This document shows positions 33,039-42,342 of a DNA stretch of 64,000 nucleotides, piece by piece. Below the pieces are notes generated by a model. The model was given only the letters and a program-made list of their open reading frames with translations, did not search any database and was not told where the DNA came from. Source of the DNA: an uncultured bacterium (GTDB taxonomy: Bacteria > Patescibacteriota > Saccharimonadia > UBA4664). The stretch covers positions 593,026-657,025 of the forward strand of contig CAVUEQ010000001.1 in the NCBI GenBank assembly GCA_963740635.1. The letters run 5' to 3'. The translations under genes were made by a program, and so were the position numbers. The stretch's first letter is position 1; every line of letters begins with the position of its first letter.

Positions 33039-33388
33039 CTCACCCGCTCCCCTGCGGCTTTAGGGAGCCCGCCCCGTTTACGACTGCACTTCCATGCAAG
33101 GAAGAATTCCGCAGCCGTAGGCGGGGTTCTTCATTGTTGGGCACAAAAATCAAGCGGGCCGCACCCGGCCCGCCCTAGATAGTCTTAGAAGTTCCGACTG
33201 TTTGGCACCTGCAGCACCCAGTGCAAAAGGCTCAAACTCTACCTTTTGTGTTTTGATCGAAGCTCCACCTCGACTATCTGATACTTTTGTACCATTAGCG
33301 GAATGGGCCAGTCAATAGCATAAGCGTATTAAATGGCTTGACCTTGAGGGTCAAATAATGTCCTTATCTTGGCCACACCATATTATTA

Positions 33389-33417
33389 TCGACAAAGCAA
33401 ATGTCACGTGCTAAAAT
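33389..33417 (+). promoter_or_regulatory. Candidate sigma70-like promoter for the 33475 gene
   Basis: TCGACA (33389..33394), 17 nt, TAAAAT (33412..33417). Confidence 0.35.
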
Positions 33418-33474
33418 TTTCGAGGTGTTTTTTGCACGGTACCATCACCCAATCCTAGACCTGAGGAGCCCGAC

Positions 33475-33858
33475 GTGCCCGTCCCTGACCCTCCCGAGCC
33501 CAGGCCGGCATTCTCGCCCTGGCTGCTAGTTATGCCCGTCAGCCCGCCCAATCTGGCCATGGCCACGCGCTTGTGGACCGATCACGGGATCGATCCGGAA
33601 GTCCTGGAATTGGTGTCGTTCGGTGTCCTGCTCCGCACGGAGTTCGAGGCGCCGGCCTTCTACGATTCCATCAAGCAGGCCAAACTCGCGAACGGCGCTA
33701 GCCACGTGATTATCGTGGTCGGCAACAACCCCGATTACAACCTAGCGCTGGCCAACCAGGCGCGCCTGGCCGGACACTTCGGCAAATGCGTTATCGTGTG
33801 GGTAAGCGCGACGCAGCCGATTGTGCTCATGAAGCACCAATGCAAGGCCGCAGCTTGA
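33475..33858 (+). CDS. Hypothetical protein (127 aa)
   Basis: GTG start with GAGGAG 6 nt upstream. No recognisable motif. Preceded by a 435-bp AT-richer non-coding stretch. Confidence 0.5.
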   Translation: MPVPDPPEPRPAFSPWLLVMPVSPPNLAMATRLWTDHGIDPEVLELVSFGVLLRTEFEAPAFYDSIKQAKLANGASHVIIVVGNNPDYNLALANQARLAGHFGKCVIVWVSATQPIVLMKHQCKAAA

Positions 33859-33901
33859 CCACCATCCGAGGGCGATTGTCGCCCCAACCCAAGGAGTGCA
33901 T

Positions 33902-34498
33902 ATGCCGTTCAGAGAACACAGCGGTTTTGTCGTGATGATCTGCGGCGACTGGGCGTTCACAACGGATTTCGACCGCCCATTGCCAGTTGATCAGGTCGAC
34001 AGTCGCATACGCGATTTCGTCATGTTCGTGAAGCAACACGTGGCAAACCCGAGGCATATCGACCCGCATGTCGTTCGCAACGAAGCGCCGGTTGAGATCA
34101 TTGCAAACCCAACCAAGACCGGCGGCGTTCTGGTCTGCAACCCAGTCATCCTCGGACCCAAGGCGTGGTTGATCATCGCCGATTTGCATTCGGACTGCGC
34201 TGGTTGGGACGGGGCGCACCCAGGACAAGAAGGCGACCAGCGTGACCCGCAGGTGAGGCGGGCGCTTCGCCACGGCCAGCGATTCATCGACAGTCTGGCC
34301 GAGCACAACGGCCACCCGATGAGGCTGATTCTCACCTGGACGAGGTTCGGCCCCGGCCGCTCCGTTCTCGAGCGAGCGGAAATTGGCTCATTCGTGAGTA
34401 GGGTCGAGTTCGATGACGACTTCTGGCGGGATAAAGTCCCGTCCGGTCTCTTCATGGGCCAATTCCAGCTCGCCGGAGCCGGAGTACCAACCCGGTAG
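33902..34498 (+). CDS. Hypothetical protein (198 aa)
   Basis: ORF track 33896..34498. ATG 33902 is preferred (AAGGAG 5 nt upstream). GC-rich third codon positions. Competing antisense ORFs look like GC artefacts. Confidence 0.55.
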   Translation: MPFREHSGFVVMICGDWAFTTDFDRPLPVDQVDSRIRDFVMFVKQHVANPRHIDPHVVRNEAPVEIIANPTKTGGVLVCNPVILGPKAWLIIADLHSDCAGWDGAHPGQEGDQRDPQVRRALRHGQRFIDSLAEHNGHPMRLILTWTRFGPGRSVLERAEIGSFVSRVEFDDDFWRDKVPSGLFMGQFQLAGAGVPTR

Positions 34499-34607
34499 TC
34501 ACGGCTACTGAGTAATATCCACCCCAGAGCATTGTTCGTCTGCATTAAGCGGACGAGCCGGGCCACCAGGGGGTGGGTTTTCCCGTTTAAGGGGGATTTT
34601 TTATGGA

Positions 34608-35276
34608 TTATTTTTGGGGGCGGTCGGTGAAGATGGTGAGGCGCGGGATGGATTTGAGGAACTGGGCCGGTTGGTCGGCTGGGGATAAGGCGGTTTCGAG
34701 GCGGTCGAGGACCGGCCATTTGGCCTCGCCGGCGGCGTAAACCACGGCCTCCTGGAGATGGCGCAAGGCTTCGGCGGTGGTGGTGACGCGGGGGAAGTCG
34801 GGGCCGTCGTAGGCGTAGGCCAGGCCCTTGGCGGTGACGGCCCGGCTGTGGGGGAGGATGCCCGAGGTGTGGCCGTCGGGGCCGATGCCGAGCGAGCCGA
34901 GGCGGTAATCGGCGGTGTCGGATTGTTGGCTCAGGAAAGCCTCAAACGCCGCGGCGGTGTCGGGCTGCGAAAGGCCCGCAAGCACCGGGTGCAGGGTGGC
35001 GCCGGGGAGCTTGAGCGCTCCCCCCTCGGCGAGCTTTTGCCAGTTGGAGTCCGGATGACCGGGCGGGCCGTAGCGCTCGTCGATGAGGCTGACGGTGAGA
35101 CGGCTGAGGTCGCGGCCGGCCAGAATGCGCGTCACCGCGGCGGCCGTATCCACCACCAACCCGCCAGACAGCAGCCATAGCACCGTGCGGCCGGCGCCGA
35201 GCTGGCCGAGCAGTTTGCCGGCCAAGTATTCGGCGACGGGCTTGGCGCTGGTGGCGCGGATAAATTCGAGTTGCAT
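34608..35276 (-). CDS. pgl: 6-phosphogluconolactonase (DevB/Pgl family)
   Basis: ORF track 34608..35351, trimmed to ATG 35276 (MQLEFIRAT...). Motifs LLSGG, IDERYGPPGHPDSN and GIGPDGHTSG. Confidence 0.8.
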   Translation of the reverse strand: MQLEFIRATSAKPVAEYLAGKLLGQLGAGRTVLWLLSGGLVVDTAAAVTRILAGRDLSRLTVSLIDERYGPPGHPDSNWQKLAEGGALKLPGATLHPVLAGLSQPDTAAAFEAFLSQQSDTADYRLGSLGIGPDGHTSGILPHSRAVTAKGLAYAYDGPDFPRVTTTAEALRHLQEAVVYAAGEAKWPVLDRLETALSPADQPAQFLKSIPRLTIFTDRPQK

Positions 35277-35366
35277 GAAAGGATTATAGCGGAATAATTG
35301 CGTAATTGTCGGGAGGAGACCCGGACCGCAACGTTCTGCGGCCCGGGCCACCCCTGGGACAGTTGC

Positions 35367-36713
35367 TTACGCGGGCTTCACCGCGGCAATTTGAAGCACA
35401 TCACCCCGGCCGATCCTCGGGTCGGGGTTGAAGAAATCGTCGCAGCCGGTGAGCCACAGATCCCGCAGACGGAGGAGTTTCTCCGGGTACACCTTGAGCA
35501 GTTCCTCCCAGTTGAAGTGAAGGAGTTGCCGCCAGGCGCTGAGGGTCGGCCGGTACTGCTCGCCGATGGGCGTGACTGACTCGATCTCGAACCCGGCCCG
35601 CTCCACTCCCACGGTGGTTTCTTCCCAGCTCGGAATGTATCCGTGCGGGAAGATGCCGATGGGTGTGCCGTCGGGGTAGCAGGCGGTGGAATTGACCCAC
35701 GACCTCGAAGGACCGGCGGTGGGCATAGGCGGCTTGAGCTTCCCCTTGGCGTTGTCGCGGGCCACGATCACCTGCAGCCCGAACCGGCCGCGCGGCTTCA
35801 GCAACCGGTAAACCAGGTTCTTGTGCGTTTGCAGGTGCTGGCGCCCAAACGCTTCCTCGACCTCGATCGAGATAACGCCGTCGAAGAGCCCATCCGGGTT
35901 GGCGCGAGCTAGAGCCTCGCCCCACGGGAATATGTTGGCTTCGTCGAGCGTGATGAGGTCCGCGATGCGGTCCCCCTCCGCCTTGATGCGGCGGCGGACG
36001 TACGCGGCCTGGTCGTGGCTGAGCGTGACCGCATTGACCCTCGCGCCGCGGCGGGCGGCCATGATCGAGCCCTGACCCCAACCGCATCCGAGGTCGCCCA
36101 GCCTCGTGCCGGTCCCCGCGCCGGCCAGGTCCAACATGCGGTTGAACTTGGCAGTTTGACCCTTGATCAGATACCGGCGCACCGCTCCCGGATTGTCCCA
36201 GGTACGCACGCGGGGGTCGGAATACAGGCCGCAGGTGTACCCCTCCGTAGCGCCAATGGCTTCGGCAAGGTCATTGGTGTCGTAATGGGTCGCTACGTCA
36301 GCAGCTTGCCCCTCGACTGTGTTGCGGCGGCTGAGGTCGCCGAGGCGTTCGCGGATGAGCCCGAGGGCCCGGTCGACGGTCTGGGGGACTGGGCCGTCGA
36401 AGGCGTTGATGGCCGACAGCCGGGTGACTGCGCCAAGGTCGCCGGCTACAGTGATACGGCGGTCGCCGTAGGCCTTAGCGAAACCAAGACCACCTCGGAG
36501 CAGAAGCGGGACGGCATTCCAGTCATGGATTTGCACCCTGGCCGTGCTGTCTACAGGCCCCGGACGCTCCCTGATGACTTGGCGCCCGTCGGGCAACTCG
36601 ACGACGACTTCGCCCCGGTGCACGAATGCGCGCAGGCCGAGTTCGAGCCCTAGCGTATAAAGCGCGGCTCTCATGTTGAACCTTCCTTCGGTCGGTGCCC
36701 GGGGTTCGGGCAT
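35367..36713 (-). CDS. Cyclopropane-fatty-acyl-phospholipid synthase (CMAS) family SAM-dependent methyltransferase with an N-terminal extension of about 130 aa
   Basis: 448 aa. HYDTND...YTCGLYS and LGDLGCGWGQGSI match the CMAS family pattern. Confidence 0.78.
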   Translation of the reverse strand: MPEPRAPTEGRFNMRAALYTLGLELGLRAFVHRGEVVVELPDGRQVIRERPGPVDSTARVQIHDWNAVPLLLRGGLGFAKAYGDRRITVAGDLGAVTRLSAINAFDGPVPQTVDRALGLIRERLGDLSRRNTVEGQAADVATHYDTNDLAEAIGATEGYTCGLYSDPRVRTWDNPGAVRRYLIKGQTAKFNRMLDLAGAGTGTRLGDLGCGWGQGSIMAARRGARVNAVTLSHDQAAYVRRRIKAEGDRIADLITLDEANIFPWGEALARANPDGLFDGVISIEVEEAFGRQHLQTHKNLVYRLLKPRGRFGLQVIVARDNAKGKLKPPMPTAGPSRSWVNSTACYPDGTPIGIFPHGYIPSWEETTVGVERAGFEIESVTPIGEQYRPTLSAWRQLLHFNWEELLKVYPEKLLRLRDLWLTGCDDFFNPDPRIGRGDVLQIAAVKPA

Positions 36714-36794
36714 TGTGAACAGAACAACCTATGATCGAGCTATAGGGCTGGTTCGATTAGGCTGCCGAATATGATATCACGCCGGGCGCGGAGA

Positions 36795-37208
36795 TTATTC
36801 GGACTTGGCGGCGTTGATGTTGATCATCCAGTGAATGCCAAACTGGTCGGTGAGCATGCCGAATTCGTCGCCCCAGACTTGCTTGGCGAGCGGCATGCGG
36901 ATGGTGCCGCCGTCGGCCAGCTGGTCAAAGTAGCCGCTGAGGGCGTCGTGGTCGTCGCCGGAGAGGCTGAGGCTGACGTTGTCGCCAAATTTGACCTTGC
37001 CACCGGGCATGCCGTCGGAGGCCATGATGGTGAGGTCGCCGGTTTCAAGCAGCCCGTGCATGATGTTTTTTTCGTGGCCGGCGGGCGGGTCGGGAAATTC
37101 TCCAAAAGTTTGCAATTTTAGATCACCGCCAAAGACTTTGTGATAATACTCCATGGCCTCGCGGGCGTTGGTCTGGAAGGTGAGATAAGGGTTTAATTTG
37201 ACACTCAT
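36795..37208 (-). CDS. VOC-superfamily protein (PhnB/YjdN-like)
   Basis: 137 aa. LNPYLTF...AREAMEYYHKVFGG...WGDEFGMLTDQFGIHWMIN. Confidence 0.85.
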   Translation of the reverse strand: MSVKLNPYLTFQTNAREAMEYYHKVFGGDLKLQTFGEFPDPPAGHEKNIMHGLLETGDLTIMASDGMPGGKVKFGDNVSLSLSGDDHDALSGYFDQLADGGTIRMPLAKQVWGDEFGMLTDQFGIHWMININAAKSE

Positions 37209-37257
37209 GGCAGGCTCCTAATTTATGTTAAACGCCATAATTGCACGCCGCCTGGGC

Positions 37258-37310
37258 AGTGGCAATGGGGTTATTGCCACTTTGACTTTTGTTGTCCGCG
37301 CAGGTATGGT
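37258..37310 (+). promoter_or_regulatory. Perfect 9-bp inverted repeat abutting a sigma70-like promoter (candidate operator plus promoter of the 37361 gene)
   Basis: AGTGGCAAT (37258..37266), 6 nt, ATTGCCACT (37273..37281), directly followed by TTGACT (37282..37287), 17 nt, TATGGT (37305..37310). Confidence 0.4.
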
Positions 37311-37360
37311 AGGGCCTCGCCGGCAGGAACTTCTTGCCCGCATGAATCTGAGGGGTTGAC

Positions 37361-37837
37361 ATGACTGAAGACCTGACGGCAATGATGTCCCGGATGCACT
37401 ACGAATACCGCGGGAAGCCGCTGTCCGGGTATGTGCAGGGCTTTGTAACCGGCCTGCTCGCCCTTGATGCGGTATTCGACCAGCCCAGGCCCGCCAGCTT
37501 TGCCTACGCAGTCGCGGACCCAATGGCCCTGGCCCGCTTCCACGAGGGCCGGGCCGAAGCTAGCGAGCTGGTGGGTTTCGTTGGGCATGCCGGCCCCGAG
37601 GCCGAATCATGTCTGCGCGGCGCTATCGCGTACCTGCGGGACGCGGCCCGGACGGGCAACAACTCGCTCGGCGCGTGGTTTATCAAGCTCGGCACCGTCG
37701 AAAATACGGTGCTGGTGGCTGTAAGCGGTTTTGCCGGGCCCCGGGCCAACCGGCGGTTCGCCACGGAAATTGGCCGCTACCTGCTGCGCGAAATACACGC
37801 CATCGACATGGCAGCCGGGGATGACACCTCCGAGTAA
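37361..37837 (+). CDS. Hypothetical protein (158 aa)
   Basis: RBS GAGGGG 5 nt before the ATG, plus its own promoter. No recognisable motif. Confidence 0.5.
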   Translation: MTEDLTAMMSRMHYEYRGKPLSGYVQGFVTGLLALDAVFDQPRPASFAYAVADPMALARFHEGRAEASELVGFVGHAGPEAESCLRGAIAYLRDAARTGNNSLGAWFIKLGTVENTVLVAVSGFAGPRANRRFATEIGRYLLREIHAIDMAAGDDTSE

Positions 37838-37915
37838 CACCCGGTCACCTCTTGCGATAGGGGTGACCGGGCACCTCCCGAGCGCTCAATTGACGGATTG
37901 AGCCTTCAGGAGGAT

Positions 37916-38458
37916 TTAGTGCCCGCCCTCCACGCGGAAGCCGAGGCGGCGCAGCTCCATGGCGGTGCGGGCCTCGAGGGCTTCGGCCTGGGCCTGGCTC
38001 CGCACCCGCGGTAGCTGGAGGTAGAGGTCGGGGCGGAGCCGCCCGCGCACACCGCGCTTGAAGATGCGGGCCGCGTGGAAGGCCGCGAAGCCGGTGTGGT
38101 GCTGGGCTAGGCGCTCCTCGGGCAGGTACCAGGTTTGGCCCACGTAGAGATGGTTGGGGTTGCCGTCGAGCTCCACGATGTACACGCCGTAGGAGCGGGC
38201 CTCGGTGATGCGGCGCAGGCTTACGATGAGGTCGAAGCCGAATTCGAAGTCGTCGCGGTGGCGGCTGAGGTAGTCGGCGTGCACGTCGTAGCGGTAGAGG
38301 CGCTGCGGCACGACAACATCGTTAGCGGGGTCAAACAGGTAACTGATGAGGATAGGTTTTTTGGCTTTCACAAAGCTCAGGACTTGCGTGCGCCACTTCT
38401 CTTCGGTTTGGTTGGTGCGGATAAGTGCGTTCACGGGTGAATTATACCCTGATTGCAT
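37916..38458 (-). CDS. GIY-YIG nuclease-domain protein with an unknown N-terminal domain
   Basis: ORF track 37916..38494; the start may be ATG 38458. The C-terminal YGVYIVELDG..HLYVGQT...ERLAQHHTG matches the GIY-(10-11)-YVG ... R..H pattern. Confidence 0.6.
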   Translation of the reverse strand: MQSGYNSPVNALIRTNQTEEKWRTQVLSFVKAKKPILISYLFDPANDVVVPQRLYRYDVHADYLSRHRDDFEFGFDLIVSLRRITEARSYGVYIVELDGNPNHLYVGQTWYLPEERLAQHHTGFAAFHAARIFKRGVRGRLRPDLYLQLPRVRSQAQAEALEARTAMELRRLGFRVEGGH

Positions 38459-38553
38459 TTTGTCGAAATTACTTAAAAATTTTATGCATGCCAAATTTTA
38501 GTATTATTGAATGAGCGCACTCGCCGAATTGCCTGGCCCCTTATAGGAAGTAC

Positions 38554-39021
38554 TTAATTAATAACGTCCTCGAACTGTTGCCACTCCTTGATGGCGTGCA
38601 CTTTGGTGGCCTCGCGGTGGGTAATGTGCAGGTCCACCATGTCGTGGCCGAACCACGACGGTGTGAGATGACCCGACCCCAGCCCACGCCCGGTAACTTC
38701 ACCGGCAATGCGAATAGCCAGCTCTAAGTGGTCGGGAACGGTTCCGGTTTCGGTCAGCTCGAGGAGCTTATTGTCGTCGGAAGTCATGAGTTTGCCTGAG
38801 GTGGCCTCATGCTTGAGGATAGCCAGAATTTGGGCAGGGGCGCCGGGATCGAGCGCCTGCTCCCAAATTGTATTGCCGGTGTCCGGAGCGACGATGCGGG
38901 TGCCGCCCTCCACGATACACGGCGCCGTGTGGCTATCGGTGGAGATGGGCGCCACGGTGCCGTCTATGTCGGTGATGAGGGCTTTGTAGCGTGCAGTATT
39001 CATGAGCTGAATCGTACCCAT
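38554..39021 (-). CDS. Short HAD-IIB(Cof)-like protein; possibly degenerate or truncated
   Basis: 155 aa. It has motif I (ALITDIDGT) and cap-like segments, but lacks an obvious motif III/IV (GD..ND). About 100 aa shorter than typical family members. Confidence 0.45.
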   Translation of the reverse strand: MGTIQLMNTARYKALITDIDGTVAPISTDSHTAPCIVEGGTRIVAPDTGNTIWEQALDPGAPAQILAILKHEATSGKLMTSDDNKLLELTETGTVPDHLELAIRIAGEVTGRGLGSGHLTPSWFGHDMVDLHITHREATKVHAIKEWQQFEDVIN

Positions 39022-39126
39022 AATCCGCTATTCTGACCAGCTATTATTGCTTTACTTTGTGCATAATATATGCTATAGTTTGATGATGCCGCGGGACCGT
39101 CCCCGGCTTTGTCTCGAGGAGTCTTG

Positions 39127-39729
39127 ATGACAAGTCTCGATCTACGCACCTTGGTCATGCCCAACACCTACGTTCCGGAGCTCGACCTGGCCCCGGGCCA
39201 GCAGCCCGTCGACGTCATGGATGTCGTGTGGCGCGCCGTGATGGCCGCTGAAGGCCCCCTCGCCGACACCCTCCTGGTCAAGGCTGTCGAGAGCGTCGGG
39301 GTGTCGATCACGCACCTTCTCCCGGTGGAGGTCGACATCCAGCCGGCCGGGCCGGCGCAACTGCTCGCCGCCCAGGCGTCCACCGATGACGGGGAGGGCG
39401 TGCGCTACGCCTGGAACGGCGGGCGCAAGCTCGAGGGGCTCGCGATGTTGGATTGGGATGACACCCTGTCAGTCGCCCTCAGCTCTCCCGGTGACTTCAC
39501 GGACGTCGTGCTGTCCGCTGAGCCGGACGGCAGGATCCTTTGGGGCGTGTTCCCGCACGGTGGCGCCGTACTGGTGCGCGACCAGAAGTACCAGCTCGGC
39601 GTCGGCGTCAGCACCTTCAGCCAGATTCAAGACCACGCGCTCGCGTACCTCGCGGGCTGGTTGGCGCTCGAGCGCGTCGCCGTGGCCGAGGGCCGGGCCA
39701 AGGAGACGGTCGCCCAGCGCATCGGCTGA
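39127..39729 (+). CDS. Hypothetical protein (200 aa)
   Basis: ORF track 39109..39729. ATG 39127 is preferred (GAGGAG 5 nt upstream). Candidate upstream promoter TTTACT-17-TATAGT. Confidence 0.55.
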   Translation: MTSLDLRTLVMPNTYVPELDLAPGQQPVDVMDVVWRAVMAAEGPLADTLLVKAVESVGVSITHLLPVEVDIQPAGPAQLLAAQASTDDGEGVRYAWNGGRKLEGLAMLDWDDTLSVALSSPGDFTDVVLSAEPDGRILWGVFPHGGAVLVRDQKYQLGVGVSTFSQIQDHALAYLAGWLALERVAVAEGRAKETVAQRIG

Positions 39730-39828
39730 CCCCTCGGCGTTTTCCCCGGACTGACTGCCCGACCACACCCAGCGGATTCACCCTACGAGGGATACCGCAC
39801 TGTCCGGAAGGTCCGCAGCAGTCCAACT

Positions 39829-39864
39829 GCCGGTACCGTGCTCATCACCGAGCACGGTACCGGC
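39829..39864. terminator. 15-bp perfect GC-rich hairpin between convergent genes
   Basis: GCCGGTACCGTGCTC (39829..39843), loop ATCACC, GAGCACGGTACCGGC (39850..39864). No adjacent U-tract. Confidence 0.55.
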
Positions 39865-39908
39865 ACCTACCAAAGTTTTCGACTAGTTGTCGAAGATTTT
39901 GGCAGGAA

Positions 39909-40493
39909 CTACGACCCGACTCGCGTGTGGATAAAGTTCACAATCGCGCCGTAATGGTTGGAGCATACGAAGATGATTATGAGAATCAGTGCCGGGAAAA
40001 TAATGAAATTCTCGATAAAGTGGCCGGTGGTGATGCGCAGGGCTTTTACCGGTGGCAAGCCGAATTTGAACGGTACAGGCAGCAGCCACGGCACGCCTTC
40101 TTTGGTGAACGTGTCCATCACGAGATGGCTAAGCAGGCCGATCACGAAGGCCTTCCAGACCAGGCCGGTGTCGGTGTGGGGCATGATGGGGTGCAGAAAC
40201 ACCAGCAGCCAGTGCGCCAGATAGGCGGCCAGGGCCGCGCCGAGGAGTGAGTGGGTGAGGAAGCGGTGGCCGCCGAGCAGCCGGTCGGTGAAGCCGCCGA
40301 AGAGCTTGCCGAGCAGCGGCAGGTTGCGCCAGAACGGCGCGGTGGGCTGGTCGATGTCGGGGGCCAGGCCGCCGATCTGGTTGGCCAGGATGGCGACCAT
40401 CGCGGTGGCCAGCGTGATATTGCCGGGAGGGTACAGCACCACAGCCACCGTGAGGGCGGTGAGGGCAGCGGCGTCGTGGGTTCGTCCGGTCAT
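39909..40493 (-). CDS. Membrane-bound metal-dependent hydrolase (DUF457/YdjM family)
   Basis: 194 aa. MTGRTHD...LAPDIDQP...GHRFLTHSLLG. Confidence 0.8.
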   Translation of the reverse strand: MTGRTHDAAALTALTVAVVLYPPGNITLATAMVAILANQIGGLAPDIDQPTAPFWRNLPLLGKLFGGFTDRLLGGHRFLTHSLLGAALAAYLAHWLLVFLHPIMPHTDTGLVWKAFVIGLLSHLVMDTFTKEGVPWLLPVPFKFGLPPVKALRITTGHFIENFIIFPALILIIIFVCSNHYGAIVNFIHTRVGS

Positions 40494-40607
40494 AGCATAA
40501 TCAGTTTACTCCAAAAAAAGCGGCGGCTGGGTGGCATTACTGCACTATCTTGCTAATGTATTTGGCCAAGCCAACCCCTAAACTACAAGCGTAATGAGGA
40601 CGGAGTT

Positions 40608-41012
40608 ATGAGTGAGAGAGAAGTATATTTAAAGGGCATTAAACCAACATCTGTGGGGCTGTTTGTGGGGACGTTCGGGGCTTTAGTCGGCCTGCTGGTA
40701 GCAATTGTGACGTTTGTGAACGGCACAATCTTCTACACTAACACCACCAACAGTCTGTTGGCGGGGCTGCTGCTGGGCATTGGCATCGGGGGCTTCGCGC
40801 TGCTGGTGGTGCCGGCTTTTTACTTTGCGGTCGGCTGGGTAGTCGGCTGGGTGGAGGGCCTAATAATAAACGCCGTGCTGCGCAGCTCCGGCGGGGTGAG
40901 CATGGAAGTGCATGACCCCGGCGAGGCCGACATGCCAATGCCGGCGCGGCCCACCAGGACGCAGCCGTCCTTCGGCGAAACTGTCGACCAGCGCGACAAC
41001 CGCCGGATGTAG
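40608..41012 (+). CDS. Membrane protein (3 TM helices) with a disordered C-terminal tail, unknown function
   Basis: 134 aa. RBS GAGGA. Confidence 0.65.
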   Translation: MSEREVYLKGIKPTSVGLFVGTFGALVGLLVAIVTFVNGTIFYTNTTNSLLAGLLLGIGIGGFALLVVPAFYFAVGWVVGWVEGLIINAVLRSSGGVSMEVHDPGEADMPMPARPTRTQPSFGETVDQRDNRRM

Positions 41013-41024
41013 GCAAAGCCCGCC

Positions 41025-41063
41025 AAAACAGGACGGGGCCAAAAGAGCCACGTCCTGTTTTTG
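41025..41063. terminator. Bidirectional intrinsic terminator
   Basis: AAAACAGGACG (41025..41035), 15-nt loop, CGTCCTGTTTT (41051..41061) plus TTG. It sits between convergent genes. Confidence 0.7.
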
Positions 41064-41073
41064 TTGGGCCGGG

Positions 41074-41292
41074 CTAGGCTTTGCGGCCGGCGAAGTGGGT
41101 GAGCATCGTGACGAGGCCGAGGGCGATGAGGGCAAATCCGATCACCATCAGGGCGGCGCCTCCGATATCCGGGTTCACGTAAGTGACCATGTTGGTGTGG
41201 GTGAAGTCCACGCCGTAGTCGATGCAAAACGCACCGGCTACCACCATAATGCCGCCGACCCACAGATCGGTGGTGGGCTTACGCTCGCTCAC
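41074..41292 (-). CDS. Small two-TM membrane protein
   Basis: 72 aa. 14-nt overlap with the upstream HdeD-like gene. Confidence 0.55.
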   Translation of the reverse strand: MSERKPTTDLWVGGIMVVAGAFCIDYGVDFTHTNMVTYVNPDIGGAALMVIGFALIALGLVTMLTHFAGRKA

Positions 41293-41830
41293 GTTGCGAA
41301 ACCGGCTGGCCGGCTCCCATGCCGCCGGCTATCAGGATTGGGCCAGACACCAGCGCGTAGATTCCCACGACCCACACGTAGGCCAGGCCGCCGCCTACCG
41401 GGTAGCGCAGCAATATGAGGCCGGCTAGCAGCGCCAAAACGCCGGAGGTAATCGCCAGGCCGCGGTGCATGGTGGGCTCGGCAATGGCTGCCACAATTTC
41501 GTAAATCCCGCGGAAGATGAACGTAAACCCGACGAACAGCACGAGCGTGACCGCCGAGATGCCGGTGTGGCGGAAGATATACGCTCCGGCCGCGATAAAG
41601 AGCGCCCCGAGCACAATGGCGCCGATGGCAGACCAGCCCTTATTTATATGCATGATCCCGTTGATGAGCCCAACGACCCCGGCAAATAACACGTACAGGC
41701 CAAAGACAAAAGTGAACGACAGCAGCGTCATCCCCGGCCAGGCCAGTGCCACCAGCCCAAATAGAATTAATAGTATGCCCTCCACAATCAGCGGCCAGTG
41801 CTGGCTGCGGTGGTTAGCGTTTGCTTCCAT
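41279..41830 (-). CDS. HdeD/DUF308 family membrane protein
   Basis: 183 aa. Repeated W..L..GIL.I..G..... pattern (WPLIVEGILLILFGLVALAWP). Confidence 0.8.
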   Translation of the reverse strand: MEANANHRSQHWPLIVEGILLILFGLVALAWPGMTLLSFTFVFGLYVLFAGVVGLINGIMHINKGWSAIGAIVLGALFIAAGAYIFRHTGISAVTLVLFVGFTFIFRGIYEIVAAIAEPTMHRGLAITSGVLALLAGLILLRYPVGGGLAYVWVVGIYALVSGPILIAGGMGAGQPVSQRERA

Positions 41831-41927
41831 AGAACCTCCTCAACATTTCAGGCTGTCATGCTAGCACAGGGGGCAAAGCCATGTTGCTATGTTAAGTTCC
41901 AAATTTTTTCCTTGGGGCTGGGATTAT

Positions 41928-42260
41928 TTACCGGCGAAGAGCTTTGCGGTACTGACGGCGGGCCATAGCGTTCTTGATGAGCAGGCTGGCAAAGGTGGCC
42001 AGGATACCGATGCCCACAAATACATAAAATATCGTGAACAGTTTACCGAGAGCGGTTTTGGGTACAATATCACCATAGCCGACGGTAGCGAGCGTGATGG
42101 TACTGAAATAAAAGGCGTCGAGCCAACTCAGGCGCTCGACGAGATGGTAGAAGGTGGCGCCAATCAGCAGCACCGCGGCAGCGGCTGATCCGACGGCCAA
42201 AAATTGCCGGTGTACCCGGCGAAATTCGCGCTCCAGATCTGCAGGCGATTCCGGCTCCAT
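41928..42260 (-). CDS. Minimal two-TM potassium channel (KcsA-like pore only)
   Basis: 110 aa. Selectivity filter TLATVGYGD. Confidence 0.85.
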   Translation of the reverse strand: MEPESPADLEREFRRVHRQFLAVGSAAAAVLLIGATFYHLVERLSWLDAFYFSTITLATVGYGDIVPKTALGKLFTIFYVFVGIGILATFASLLIKNAMARRQYRKALRR

Positions 42261-42342
42261 TAAGCGATCATCCGCCGGTGAAGCACGGCCGGCATTGGAT
42301 AAAGTTACAAGAGCCTGAGAATATCATGAATGCGATTGGGAA

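Noticed and set aside
33203-33217. Sigma54-like TGGCAC...GCA element.
   Set aside because: The GG-to-GC spacing is two nucleotides short of the TGGCAC-N5-TTGC consensus. No enhancer-binding protein gene is nearby.
36746-36758. GGCTGGTTCGATT, resembling a tRNA T-arm.
   Set aside because: No acceptor, D or anticodon stems can be drawn around it. I found no tRNA or rRNA candidates anywhere in the window.
39540-40250. 236-aa Arg-rich plus-strand ORF.
   Set aside because: It overlaps the DUF457 hydrolase gene in antisense and the preceding real ORF out of frame. Its composition is artefactual.
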